From: Carcharhinus longimanus
Lineage: Eukaryota
DNA: 64,000 nucleotides
Assembly (NCBI GenBank): GCA_030264375.1
Contig: JASCQW010000043.1
Location: forward strand, 79,534,090-79,598,089
Direction: 5' to 3'
Below, piece after piece: positions 36,299 through 48,964 of this stretch; within the stretch, counting starts at the first letter, position 1, and the number at the start of each line of letters is the position of its first letter. Made by a program: the position numbers and the translations under genes. Under the pieces are notes generated by a model that saw only the letters and a list, made by a program, of their open reading frames with translations, was not told the origin of the DNA and searched no databases.

Positions 36299-37039
36299 NN
36301 NNNNNNNNNNNNNNNNNNNNNNNNNNNNNNNNNNNNNNNNNNNNNNNNNNNNNNNNNNNNNNNNNNNNNNNNNNNNNNNNNNNNNNNNNNNNNNNNNNAG
36401 GGGGTGTTGGAGGAGAGGGGGAAGGAGTGTTGCGTGGTAGAGAGTGTTGGAGGGGAGGGGTGTTGGTGGGGAGAGGAGGGGAAGAGGAGTGGGGAGGGGG
36501 AAGTTGAGGCAGAAAGGAATGGGGAAGGGGAGGGAGACGACCAGCGAGGGGGAAAGGGAGATGAGTGGGAAGGCTGAGGGGTTGTGGAAGGGAACTGTTT
36601 TTGCTTTTGAATGCCTTAAGAAAATAACTACATGTATTTATAAAGCACCTGTAACTTCTCAATGGTAAATGTTGGCTTTCTGTTTGGGGAGACATCAAAA
36701 TTTCCCGTTTTCAATTTCAGTTGGCAGTGCTGAAGAGTAACAAAATGTTGGCCTTTCTCTTCTCTTCCTCCCCCCACCTCACTTTTTTCCCACTTTGAGA
36801 CACTTAGCCTCCTGGGCTAGGATCGCAGGCTGGATTTTCCCAGCCCCCATGGGACAGGAATGGTGGCGGGACTGGAGAAGAAAATGGCTACCGAAGAACA
36901 AGGCCAGAGCTCCTGCTCCAATTCTCCCCTCCGCCATTTCCCTGTTAGAACAGGCTCGCAATGACTGAGGTAACATTGTTGTGCATTGATCGAATTTTTA
37001 GCTGGTTGGTCGGATGATGGCAACTTCCTGAACCCACAG

Positions 37040-37343
37040 CATAGAATCATAGAATCCCTACAGTGCAGAAAGAGACCATGTGGCCCATCAAGCCTGCACT
37101 GACAACAATCCCACCCAGACCCTATCCCACATATTTACCTTAATTAGTCCCTCTAATATTAAGGGCAAGTCAGCATGGCCAATCAATTTAACCCACACAT
37201 CTTTGGACTGTGGGAGGAAACCAGAGGAAGTCCACGCAGACACAGGGAGAATACGCTAACTCCACACAGACAGTCACCCGAGGCCGGAATTGAACCTGGG
37301 TCCCTGATGCTGCGAGGCAGCGATGCTAAGTGCTGTGCCACCA
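37040..37343 (-). mobile_element. HE1-like V-SINE
   Basis: Reverse copy with (catagaat)n tail. Confidence 0.9.
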
Positions 37344-37899
37344 GTTGAGCGAAGGTGAGGACAGGGTCAGCTGTAAGCTGACGTGTGGAGATGCAGTTTG
37401 AAGTGGCGCTGGTGAGGCTGAGCGTGCCAGAGGAGCCTTGCCCCACTCAAAGAGAACTCACTCGCTTTAAAATTTGCACTACAACGTTATTCTGGGCTCC
37501 AAGCCTCCCGCTGCTCTCCGAAATACAGGAAATTTGAGCTGCGCCAACTCTTGTCCCAAACATTAATGTGCAAATGACAGCCAGTGTGATTGCTGTCAAA
37601 CCGAATCATACCCTGGACCATTTTGTTCACTGACCTGCCACGCTGATTGGACAGGCAGACTCTCAGCTGTCCTCAGGCAGCTAACACCATGACTTGGTCA
37701 AAATAGCAGCCGCTTCCTGTGTTACGTCAGGACCTTGAATCGAACCCACTCCTGACGTCTGCCTCCAGATGGCCACACAGTCATAGGTGTATAAGGAGTA
37801 TAGTAGGGAGCTGAGAGGGAGGGAGGATGCAGGTGCAATTGTGACCTACTGCTGCTGTCCAAATGAATCTTCTTCCTGCCAGGGGGTTGAGTAATGTGC

Positions 37900-38115
37900 C
37901 ATTATGGAGGCCAAATGTGGCAGTCCCCTTCCCTTAAAAGGGGATTAGTGACTCCGTTGGTCGGTTATGGTGACCGACATTTCTGAGTCACTTTTACTTT
38001 ATTTAAAAGTTTTGCAAACTGAATTCAAGATTTCACGGTGCAATTTGCTGAACTCCTGACTTTTGCGTCCAGATCTCTGGATTACTAATCCAGTAATGTG
38101 ACCACTGTGGTATTG
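37900..38115 (-). mobile_element. Degenerate SacSINE1/DeuSINE-like copy
   Basis: ggcagtccccttcccttaaaaggggattagtga...aactgaattcaa...ctctggattactaatccagtaa similar to 22050-22250. Confidence 0.5.
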
Positions 38116-38419
38116 TACTGTACTGACGCAGTCATCCACTGGGAAATGCTTCAAGTAATTATCTTAATCTCTTTTGCAAGGTAAACTTTTCATTCTATTC
38201 AATGAAGAAGTGTTTTGCCTGTTCTGATGCAGAATTCCTAAGTCGAAAGCTCCATATGAAGATCCAGCAAGGGCTCACTTGAACGGCTGCAGTCCATATA
38301 GGTACACACACAGTGCTGTTAGGCAGGGAGTTCCAGGATTTTGAAGGAACAGTGATGGACTTCCAGGTCAGGATGGTGAGTGGCTTGGAGGGGAACACCC
38401 AGCGGATGGTGTTCCCATG

Positions 38420-38785
38420 GGCATGATTCCCCTGAAAATCGGAAAAGGCCGAAGTCAGGCGAGAAAAGTGAGCCCACCGACAGCAATGGCAGCTTTTCCT
38501 GCCACATAGTGGAGCACCTAGTGCCAAAGGTTTCCAGCCGCAGGTTGCACACCTTATTTCTGGTGGGGCAGCCTCAGGTTCGCCCTCATCTCAGGGTTGT
38601 AATCATTGGAGCATCCCATTTAAAGACTGCCCCAGTACACACCAGGCACACTTCGTAGGTCGCTGGGAAGCAATCGTGCCAAGAATCCGCTCCCAGGTTT
38701 TCAGAGCTTCCCTGGAGAGACTCCTGGATGCAGTAGAGGCCCAGCGTGTTGCCCTCCAGCTGCACACAGTAGAAGACGCAAGTTT
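38420..38785 (+). mobile_element. Harbinger end plus N-terminus of Myb/SANT-like ORF (remnant)
   Basis: TIR-like gggcatgattcccc; plus-strand APRFS-(frameshift)-ASLERLLDAVEAQR at about 38690-38755. Confidence 0.65.
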
Positions 38786-39179
38786 CCTTCCAGAAAAAGA
38801 CAGTAGCAAAAGAGAATGAGGAAATTAAGGAGATTAATAGTAGGAGAGAAGAAGAGTTGGAGAAACTTAAGGAAGTGAAATCTGACCAATTCCCATGGCC
38901 CTCTTGGGTTCTGAAAGAGCTAGTGTCATCGGCTTTGGATACAAACAACACTTAAATTGTAGTCAACTTGGGTACAGATAACACTTTAACCCAGAGTACT
39001 CAATTTCCAAGCTTTAATAACTTGTGCACAAATGAAAACACAAAGCAGAGCAAGGCATTGCAGGATGTTCTGCTGATTCAGACAGAAAATTAGCAGTTAT
39101 AGTTAATTACAGCCAATGAGAAATGAGCAACTTTCTAATCCTTCATTTGCGTACATATCCACCAATCATAGCATAGCCT

Positions 39180-39634
39180 TTTGCAGCTTGGTCTGGCTTC
39201 TGCCCTGCCCAAGACCGCAAGGAACTACAAAAGGTCGTGAATGTAGCCCAGTCAATCACTCAAACCAGCCTCCCATCCACTGACTCCATCTACACTTCCT
39301 GCTGCCTTGGAAAAGCAGCCAGCATAATTAAGGACCCCACACACCCCAGACATTCTCCCTTCCACCTTCTTCTGTTGGGAAAAAGATTCAAAAGTCTGAG
39401 GCCACGTACCAACTGGCTCAAGAACGGCTTCTTCCCTGCTGCTGTCAGACTTTTGAATGGATTTACCTTGCATTAAGTTGATCTTTCTGTACACCCTAGC
39501 TATGACTGTAACACTATATTTTGCACTCTCTCGTTTCCTTCTCTATGAACAGTTTGTTTTGATTGTATAGCACACAAGAAACAATACTTTTCACTGTTAA
39601 TACATGTGACAATAAATCAAATCAAATCAAATCA
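39180..39634 (+). mobile_element. Rex1/Babar LINE 3' end
   Basis: AASIIKDPTHPRHSPFHLL..GKRFKSLRPRTNWLKNGFFPAAVRLLN; (aatca)n tail. Confidence 0.92.
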
Positions 39635-40110
39635 AGGAATTCCTCCTCATCTCTGTATGAAATGAGAGACCTCTTATTTTGAAACTGTTCTAGCTTTGCT
39701 CAGGACAGGACCATCTATCATGTCAGCTCCCCTCAGCATCAAATGTTTTTATAAGTTCACCTCCATCTTTCTAAACTCAATGAAAACAGGCCTAACCTTT
39801 CCTCAGAAGACAACTCCTTCATCCCAGGGATCAGCCGAGTGAGTCCTCTCTCAACTGCTTCCAATGGAAGTGTATCCCTCCTTATAAGGAGATAAAAGAT
39901 ACCAGCCGGAATTTTACAGTTTCGGGATGAGCGAGACTGTAAATTCTCGCCTGTACAGTAATCCACACGTAGCCTCACCAATGGCCTGTACAGTTGTGAC
40001 AAGACTGCCTACTCTTATACATCATCTCCGTCGAAATAAAAAACACTCTTCTTTTCTAACTACTGTCTGGAACTGCATGCTAATGTTTTGTGATTCATGT
40101 TGTCAAATGT
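39635..40110 (-). mobile_element. CR1 fragment with a 50-bp hairpin MITE (39903-39951)
   Basis: LYRPLVRLRVDYC and LEAVERGLTRLIPGMKELSSEERLGLFSL; insert ttttacagtttcg..cgagactgtaaa. Confidence 0.75.
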
Positions 40111-40206
40111 AGTCATAAGATTATAGAGTTTATAGATAACAGTTTTAAAGGTACTTTTTTTTGCTTTCAAGCCTTCAAATTAAGTTTAAAAGCCTCTTTC
40201 AAGATG

Positions 40207-40340
40207 GAGGCACAGGATTTTCGGTCCCACCCCCACCATCAGAAATTCCCACCTGAGGTCAATGGTCCTGTTGCTTCACCATCGAATTCTCCTTCCACCC
40301 ATGAAAGCTGCCCCCATGAGCAGGACTGGAAGATTTAGGG
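40207..40340. mobile_element. Short MITE
   Basis: ggattttc...aattcccacctgaggtcaatgg related to the 1947 and 41169 copies. Confidence 0.5.
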
Positions 40341-41168
40341 CAAGGTGTGAACAAATGCCTTGGCATCTTTTTGTATTTATCCAGCTAGACCTTTGGTAAA
40401 CTGTTATCTCCAGAACTGATCACTGAATCATTAAAATGCAAGACTCCTCCAGGGCTGCACACTGATTTTTATAAACGTGTGAAGACTCCTTAGCTTCTGA
40501 GAGAACAGCAGACGGGAAGGGATTTCAAAAAACCTCAATGTAATTAACTTCTTTGCCCAGTGAAAGAATGGTTCATTTGAAATTAGCATAGCAGCCATTT
40601 TACTTTGGTTGTGAATAAAGACAGGCTGTGAAAGCCGTGTGTTCAGAACCAGTCCAAGAAATGTTCTGGGAGATCTCATTCATAGAGGTTTCTTGGCCAT
40701 GTTAGAACAGAAAAGAAAATGTCAGAAGTCAACATGAAGTTATAGAAATCAACTGTTGTTCAGCTGAAAAGAAGTTAAGTAATCGTCCCGTGCCGTAACT
40801 ACAGAATTACAGAGAAAGAAGAAACCTTCCCTCTTTTCTGAAACTTGCTGACCCGCTGTGACCACCTGTAAAGACAAACACTAACTAGTTGACTATAGAA
40901 GCCACAGCAGTTGCTGAACATCATTCTTCAATTTCAGCCATTCTCTCCAGACAATCAACACTTCAGTTGCAAACTATGGGCCTGCAATGATATCTTAAAG
41001 GACTGAACTGCATTTCATTTTATTAGTATATTTTATCCTTATCTACATTTAATCTCTGTATATTCAGTTAGTAACTTTATTAGTTTTACCTCAGTAACTT
41101 ACAGAAATAATTTTGTAATAAAACCAGACTTTACCTCTACCAATAGGCTGTGACCAGTCAAAGAACAG

Positions 41169-41293
41169 TGGGTGGGATTTTACGACCTTGCTTAGGTGAG
41201 GTCATAAAATCCCGTCCGAGGCCAACGGAGATTTCCATTCTGGGAATCTTCTCCGTCCCGGAATCAAGGCGAGCAAGGTGGTAGATTTTCGGA
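41169..41293. mobile_element. Short MITE
   Basis: Homologous to 1947-2039. Confidence 0.7.
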
Positions 41294-41389
41294 GTACAAG
41301 TCAGAGGAGCCACAGAAAGCAAATCCTGAAAGGGTGTGAAAGCCTGAACATTTAATCCTGTCACAGACATTCCAATGGTCCTGCAAAAA

Positions 41390-43200
41390 GTCACAGATTG
41401 ACCATGAAGTCTCCATCACTCAATTGGAGGTCAGTAGCCTTCTCTCTGGGTTCCTTTTCTTCAGACAGTTGGTGGAGCTCTGCTTTCTGGGCTTGGATAT
41501 ATCTGAACTGGATAAACAAGCCACACAGGTTAAAATTACTAAAGGCAATGAAAGCCTCCATAGACCAAACAGTTCAAACCTTTCGGAAAAAGGCCTTAAA
41601 AACCCAAACAAAATATAGTCAACACTTGAAGATCTGCTATGAGTAAAGCCGAATTCCTGAATACAATGTCTCGAATTGATATGTGGCCTCTTTTGATTTC
41701 TGTCTAAGATATATGCATTTTTAAACAGACGTAGAAATGAGAATGTGATTGGGATTTTACAGAAATTGAGCTGGCCAATGGAATAACTAAGTTCCTGATA
41801 GCCTCTACCCTCATAGAAGCACTCCAAAAAGATCTTTCGCACCCATGCAAAGGCTAAAGCTTGGAAACACCTCTACAAGATTGCGCAATTATGAAGCCAT
41901 GCTACTGAGTGGACACAGTCTACAAGTTCTGTGTAATTGGACCATTTGACATGATAGCCAATGCAGGGAAGCCTAGTAAGCCACCTAGGCACTGTGGAAT
42001 TATTCATGAACTCAGAAATTACTCAGCTTTTTGTGAGGCATGCAATGCATGCAGCAACAGAACACAACAGAAACAGCAATGCAGGAAACTAAGGCCAGAA
42101 CAAATGGTTTGACATTGTGAGACGCTGCAACCAGGGGTCAGACAAGCACAGCAATCCAACCAACCAAGAGAGCATTCCAAACATCACCAAAGCAAGATCT
42201 GCAAAATGGCTTGCCAGGCCATAAGGTAAGATGATGAGGATGGCCAGACTTTCAGAACATAAGGTGAACAGACATCCCATATGGTGAACATCAAAAAATG
42301 TATTGGCACTATCAGAAACTTTTCCCTCCATTCAGATTATATGCCCACAGATGCAGACGCAACATAAATTAGACACATACACAGATTATGCTGCAAGTGC
42401 AAATGTCCTTCTATGTGACACACTAAAATGTATGTATCAATAGAAATGACAAGTGATGGCTCAACCAATCACTCCCAACTAATCAAATAGCTTGGAGATT
42501 CCAACCCTGGAATCCATTGTATTTGGGTATCACAACATCAACTCATCCTGGTTACCCCACATCATTTATATTATGGTCACATTACAGGTGTGCAGACAGC
42601 TGTCCTTAGTTACCATTCATGAGACCATGATAAGGACATTGGATCACAAGGAGTACCGTTGCATATAATGGGAGAAGGGCTACATGACTCCACAACATAG
42701 ACAATCAGTCAATTGACCACAATGTACAACATGCCCCCACAGTCGAAGAACTTGTGGGTCCAGAATAGAGCTCCTCAAGTCATTTGAAGACTCACCAGAT
42801 GTCATCCTTGATTTCAAGGAACCACCAACAAAACAACTACATATACTTCTGCTGAACTTACAAACTTCATCTTTCTATGGAACACCTGTGGAATTACTGT
42901 CCAGCAGACAAGTGCAGCCAATCCTTCCCAGTCATCACTCATCAGGATTCCCAGGAATACAAGATGCCTCAATCAAAAGCAAGGATGAGAGTTACCCACA
43001 ACCGGCATGTGGACACAACATTGTCCAACATAAATGCTGGGCAGAAAGTTTGAGTACAAAATCCAACTGATGACACATGGAAAACTGCAGAAATTGTCAG
43101 CACACTTCCAGAGCCAAGATTGTCTCAAGCATGAACACCAAATGGCATGACAGTGCAACAAAACAAATGCATAACCAGCTGTAACAGAATCAGAAACACC
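41390..43200 (+). mobile_element. Highly decayed, internally deleted Gypsy (gag and integrase remnants)
   Basis: Gag-like FRQLVELCFL, GNESLHRPNS, degenerate Zn-knuckles HCGIIH..ACNAC; integrase-end PVELLSSRQVQPILP, EIVSTLPEPR; LTR-like AT-rich block at about 40400-41160 upstream. Confidence 0.6.
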
Positions 43201-43207
43201 TAGTAAA

Positions 43208-43340
43208 TCTCTGACGATGGGTCATCAGACTCGAAACATTGGCTCAATTCTCTCTCCAAAGATGCTGTCAGACCTGTTGAGATTTTCCAGCATTTTCTGT
43301 CTGTGTTTCAGATTCCAGCATCTGCAGTAATTTGCTTTTA
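43208..43340 (+). mobile_element. Penelope-like terminal fragment (family 2) with hammerhead core
   Basis: CUGACGA-u-GGGUC-auca-GACUC-GAAAC followed by gatgctgtcagacctgttgagattttccagcattttctg. Confidence 0.75.
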
Positions 43341-43444
43341 ACCTAGTAACCCTATTGCCTGTAGAACATGATCATTGTCACAACCCAAACAGAACATGTA
43401 GCCAGTTCTAAGCTTCTCAGCAAGGCCTCCATTAGGGAAGCAGA

Positions 43445-43712
43445 GTAGCACAGTGGTTAGCACTACTGCCTTAAGCACCAGGACCTGGGTTTGATTCCCA
43501 GCTTGGGTTATTGTCTGCGTGGAATGCGCATATTCTCCTCTGGCTGTGTGGGTTTCCTCTGGGTGCTCTGGTTTCCTCCCACGTTCTGAAAGATGTGCTG
43601 GTTAGGTGCATTAACCCGAACAAGCGCCATACTCTGATGAATAGGGGAAATTCACAGTAACTTCATTGCAGTATTAATGTAAGCCTTACTTGTGACTAAT
43701 AAATTAACTTTA
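43445..43712 (+). mobile_element. V-SINE subfamily B (shorter variant)
   Basis: Head plus tail ttcacagtaacttcattgcagtattaatgtaagccttacttgtgactaataaa. Confidence 0.9.
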
Positions 43713-44194
43713 AACATTTATTACGCTTCACAGATTTACAAATGCATTGCTTTGTGTGATAATATATTTAAAAACACAATAATTTTTCTTTTGATGTAAT
43801 GTAAATACTTTTTGATTCTTAAAGGATGGAACTTTAATTTAGAATTTAAGGGGCATATCTAAAACCGCTGTCCATCACCAGACAGGGTGTGATGCACAAT
43901 CCCATATATTCTGTAGACAGAGCAGAGTCAACCTACAGACCAGACATGTTCTACATAACCTCACAGGAATTATTGTGCGCATATGATCTTTCCTCAAATA
44001 CAAAACCCACATATTGTTCTGCCAATTTTTGTTGTATGATTGATACATTTACACTAAACAGAAGAATACAGCAGATTATTGCAGTATCTTACTCATAATC
44101 TTATGTTTGTAAACTCTGTCACATTCTGATTATTGTCATCTGTAACATTACCCAGAAGTATTGTCTTGTCTTTTTAACTTTTCAGATCTCTCCT

Positions 44195-44370
44195 CACATG
44201 AACCCTTCGCCCCACTTTTAGTTTAAAAATTTCTCTACAATCCTGGTTGTGTGATTTACCAGAACACAGGTCTCAGTGAGGTTCAGGTGAAGGCCATTCC
44301 AATAGAGCAGCTCCAACTTTCTCCAAAACTGATGCCCCTGCCTCATGTATTGAAAGCCATTTTCCCCAGG
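44195..44370 (-). mobile_element. CR1 ORF1 (SGNH-esterase) C-terminal remnant
   Basis: Minus-strand HQFWRKLELLYWNGLHLNLTETCVLVNHTTRIVE resembles the DGLHLN motif. Confidence 0.6.
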
Positions 44371-44987
44371 AGTTGTCATGATGATATGATTTGTATATGA
44401 GTGGTATTCATCTTTAATATCACCAGCTGATCAAACACGTATTAAACTGTTTAAAAAGGACTTTCATAAAGCAAGCAAAAACACTACCACAAGTCACCTG
44501 ACATCTGGTATTGCAGGTTGACTGGTTTTTGCAAAGTTTCAATGTGAATTACAATTTAGCCATGCCATGATATCCTCCTATGGAATTTCACACCAGCTGA
44601 TGCCAAGAACTACTTCAAAGAATTTACTGAAAACAGTACAGGACTGTAAGAGGATTTTCTGGGGCTTCCCTCCAGTGCCCTGTATTGAGCTGAGCTTAGC
44701 TAATACAAAGACTCATGAAAGACAGTATGTAGTTACAGATGCTCTTTGTTTGACAAACACACATTGGGAGAGAGACAGCTGGGAGATTGCTACTTCTGTC
44801 TGATATTACAATGCATGTGTAAAACAGATATATCTTTTCAGAGGGTTTGTTTCTCCTGCCTAACCTGTCTTCCAAACTGGGTGTTCTAATTACATTAGTA
44901 CACATTATTTACCTTGGCCAATAGCATTCTACCCTCTAGCAGAATTGTGAACTCATTGGTCAACCAGACCCAGAAGTTCTAACCCCC

Positions 44988-45000
44988 ATTGCCTAGCAAC
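44988..45000 (-). promoter_or_regulatory. RFX X-box-like motif
   Basis: GTTGCTAGGCAAT, 12 of 13 bases match GTTGCTAGGCAAC; CCAAT motifs nearby; motif match only. Confidence 0.3.
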
Positions 45001-45777
45001 CTTGCCTACGCAAATCCAATAGGTTCAAGGATTGCCCTCACCGATTGCAAACTATGGGAAGCTCCTCTTATCAATAGAAGCTGAATGCTTCTATTCACTG
45101 CAACTAGAACTAAATATCTCCATTCATGTTAAAACCTTGGTAGTTTGCAGCTGCATGGTCTCCTACTGATAATAGAGAATATATTCTGTACCTTATTGTT
45201 TCCAAAGAATGTGGCCTGTCTAGTTCTACTCATTTCCCATTATGCTTTGGGGCAGATTACATTATGGCCAAAGGTAACAAGACATTTGAAAACACATTTT
45301 AAATCTACAATACTTATTCAAAATTCTCTATCAATGTGTCTATGCAGACAATGCATTTCCATGATATAAATATATATATATTTAGTGATTCCTTATGGTA
45401 TATATAAGGACACTGTGATCCCTATTCTAAATTAGTCTGCTTTGTTTTAATAGTCTTCAAAATCCCAGGGGTTTCTGTACCTCCTTCTACAAGGACTTCA
45501 CATTTGCAATTCCATAAGATTACCTCTCAAGTGGATACACAAAGACTACGAGGACAATAGGACATGGAAACAAGTTTTTCCTATCTCATAAAGATGAAAA
45601 ATGAATCATTCATAAGATAATGGCTGAGTAATTATAGACCATGGGACAATAAACACAAGCTATTCAGACATCAGCTAAGCAAATACCTCCTGAAATCAGC
45701 TTTGGAATAGAGATCATGAGACAAAAGTAAGCATTTTCTGAATGTATTTTAATACAACACACAGTCTGCTACAGTAA

Positions 45778-46048
45778 GTAAGTTTATTTATTAGTCACAA
45801 GTGGGCTTACATTAACACTGCAATGAAGTTACTGTGAAATTCCCCTAGTCGCCATAGTCCGGCGTCTGATCGGACCAATACATCTAACCAGCACGTCTTT
45901 CAGAAAGCAGGAGGAAACTGAAGAACCCAGAGGAAACGAATGCAGACACGGGGAGAATGTACAAACTCCACCCAGTGATCTAAGACAGGAATCGAACCCA
46001 GATCCCTGGCGCTGTGAAGCAGCGGCGCTAACCAATGTGCTACCGTGC
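45778..46048 (-). mobile_element. V-SINE subfamily B (shorter variant)
   Basis: Reverse copy homologous to 43445-43712. Confidence 0.9.
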
Positions 46049-46579
46049 TGCTAGAATAAATGCAAAATACTGTGGATGATGGAATTTGAAACAACAGCAT
46101 TTTCTATTTTTGTTTCACTAAAGTCTGGAAGAAACTGCCACTGGGGTAATAATCTTTTTCCTCTTCTCTTGTCTCTCAAGCTCAAGGCTCTCAATCTATT
46201 CAAATTTCAAATTCAGCACAGAGATAGAGAACTTTTCAACAAAAGGAACCTCAGGTACAACAATCATTGACTTCTGGAAAAGACTGATTACATTTTAAAA
46301 AGGAATTGCCTCTGGCAATGGGCTTCAAATTCTGAAACTTCAAGATTGCCGTGGAGAAAAATCTGCTGCAGCCACAGGTACTAGTGAAGGACTCAGAAAT
46401 GTTTTGGAGTGCGTGAAGTGTTCTGTCGACTTGCCTAATTAACTAACTGAACAGCTGTCTCTAGCAGGGATTTGGTTTGCCGCTAGGACTGAAGGAAACT
46501 ACAATTTAATGTTAAATGCAAAGTGCAAATTTGGCTTTGGGTGGAAATTTCCTATATTTTTTCAGTATCAGGCTCTGAC

Positions 46580-47310
46580 TGAAACCCAGCTCTCCTGCTG
46601 CACAGCCCCAGGTTTTTAGTCCAGGTTATAAAACACTCCAAAAAAATGAGTTCATGGGACGTGGCTTATGCTGTCACTGTGGTGGGGCGGGACCTGATAG
46701 AGTTGGAAAGGCCTGCTGCACAGACACTGGGGGTGCCCTTTATAAAGGGTGTCTCCCACCACCCCCTGCACCCCCACCCCGCTCCCCCCCCCCCGACCAA
46801 CCCCACTCCCACAGACATGGGGTATACTCCCCCACAAGCATCGTTTGCTCTTCCCCCCCTCCGCCCACCACCATCGACATCGGGGGCTCCTCCCTATTAT
46901 CACCATTGGCGTCGAGGGGTCCTCCCTCCATCTCACCACCATCAGACCAAGCAAACCAACTATCACCAAACAAAAATAACGCCAATCCCATATCCAACGG
47001 GGCTCCCCAAAGGGTCCATCCCTGGCACAGGTTGGCACTGATTCCCCTTTCGAAACCTGTTGTAAAACCTCGACATGACATCAAGTTGACAAGGTTTGAA
47101 TATTCAGCCAGGGAGTATCACATGGCAGGGGGCACTTAGTTCTGAGAGTAAAACATATGTAAATGTATTAATATGAGGTTGTCACCTTTTCATGGGCACG
47201 AACCTCATTACGTCACCGGTGATTCTCTCGCAATTTCCCATTTGCAATTGTTTTCCAGTTCCCATGAGATTTTGTGCTCGCTTTGCCACTCTCACTGACG
47301 CTGAATGCTG
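46580..47310. mobile_element. Harbinger-like non-autonomous element with C-rich core
   Basis: Low-complexity C-rich centre explains the four overlapping ORFs; subterminal motifs resemble other MITEs here. Confidence 0.4.
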
Positions 47311-47819
47311 GCACAAGCTGGTACCCTTGATTTGAGGAAGAGATAAATTATTAAAATTCTGTCACCAAATTATCCAGGGTAGACAATCTCTCTCACAGTA
47401 CTCAGCTGAGTTGGACATTTTGCTACAATTTGAATGTGATTTACAGTTTGTGCAGAGTGTTTTGGGACAGATAATGAGGCACGAGCGCCTTCTTATGTTG
47501 CATTGGTCATATGGCGAAGGTCGGTGCCACATTATGTTCTCTTGCTGCTGTTAATCATGGGTTATGGATGGGCTTATGAAGGGATCCAGGTGCCCACAAT
47601 TCTTATGCTTAAAGTTGTACTAAGATTTATTTTTCCAACTTGCAAATCTGTCCACTAACTTCAGAAAAATTCAACAGGTTATTTTATGCTACATTATTGT
47701 CTGTGCAGCCAGAAATTTGCAGCAATGCAAAATAACACATTAACTAGAATTTGGTTACAGCAGATCATTACTTTTGCCTTTATTTACTGGAAGTAACTGG
47801 AATTTGACACCAACAAATA

Positions 47820-48295
47820 AGGAAGTCTTCTGGTGCAATATGTAGTATCCCTGCCTCTGAGCCAGAAGCCCTTGTTTCAGGATCCACCCAGGATTTGTTG
47901 ACCAACAGGTGAGTAACAACTTGCAAAATCCTTCCTAGATGCCAGTGGCAGGAGGTAAAAGCAGGAGAGGTTCCTGGTGAGCTATGCTTGATATTTCTGG
48001 AGAGGAATAGATACTGCTGCAGTTGATATCCAAACAGGACCCTTGTCCTATACAGTGCAGACCAGGGATGAGCTGGTTTGGAGAAGACTGGCTGACAGTT
48101 AGTCTCAGCACCCCATCAAATGTGGGAAGCCCCACACGTGACAGGACCATCCAGGATAGCCCATTGGTGTGGCCCAAGCCTAGAATTTCAAAGTCAGGGT
48201 TAAGCTATAACTGGCTAGTGCCTATTCCAGGGAAAACCTTGCTATGGGAACAGATGAAGATCTACCTAATGCGTCACCAGGTGCAAGAAGAGAAA
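47820..48295 (+). mobile_element. SINE-like family C copy with internal insertion
   Basis: Colinear similarity to 10298-10625. Confidence 0.5.
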
Positions 48296-48964
48296 CAACA
48301 ACAAATAACTGCAAAGGTGTCAAGTAGTAGAAATGGCATCCAGTGTCGATAGCTAAGTTCCCCTCACAGATTCCTGTGCTCATAGAATGTTTCCAGAATT
48401 TCAATAGTGCTCTGAACACTAAAAGCAAATTATCTAGCGCTGACGTTCATTGATGCAGTTGCTACATTAACATAAAGTCTGAGAAATAACTGGGAAACCT
48501 GAGGACTGTCAAAAGCACAGGAGTGATTTACAGTCCTGACACATCTTCTGAGTCCTGTCGAGTGTTACGTTGTTTTAACTAAATTGTGCTCCATTACTTT
48601 ATATTGCACTCCCAGCTCTAAGCATAATGCATTCTGTGGTGGAAAATGCCTTGATACTTCCATATGCTCTTTCAAGCAGACATTGAAGGTTTTGGTTCAA
48701 AATTAAAAATATTTATCAAAAGTATATTGCAACTGGTCAATGGATGTCCTTTAGGTCAAGAAAACTACCACCTTAATCCAGTGTGGCCAATATGTTACTT
48801 CATTACAACAAGTCCATATTTCATTGGCTGTAAAGTTCTTTGGATTATATGAAGCTGTAAAAGGCCATCTAAAAATGTAAATCATTCCTTCTATTTATCC
48901 CTTCCTTTTAGTAACAATGCAGTACCTCAGCACTTTAAAATCATTGAGGCATTTCCTGTACATG

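Noticed and set aside
38586-38951. Minus-strand ORF resembling a PH-domain exon (ETCVFYCVQLEGNTLGLY), apparently spliceable to ILLEGRMLLAK at 44913
   Set aside because: The plus strand is a Harbinger Myb remnant (APRFS..SLERLLDAVEA), and the apparent pyrimidine tract is the antisense of a CR1 ORF2 fragment (REEELEKLKEVKSD..RVLKE-like)
46646-47139. Proline-rich ORFs on both strands
   Set aside because: C-rich low-complexity core of a non-autonomous element; open in many frames for compositional reasons
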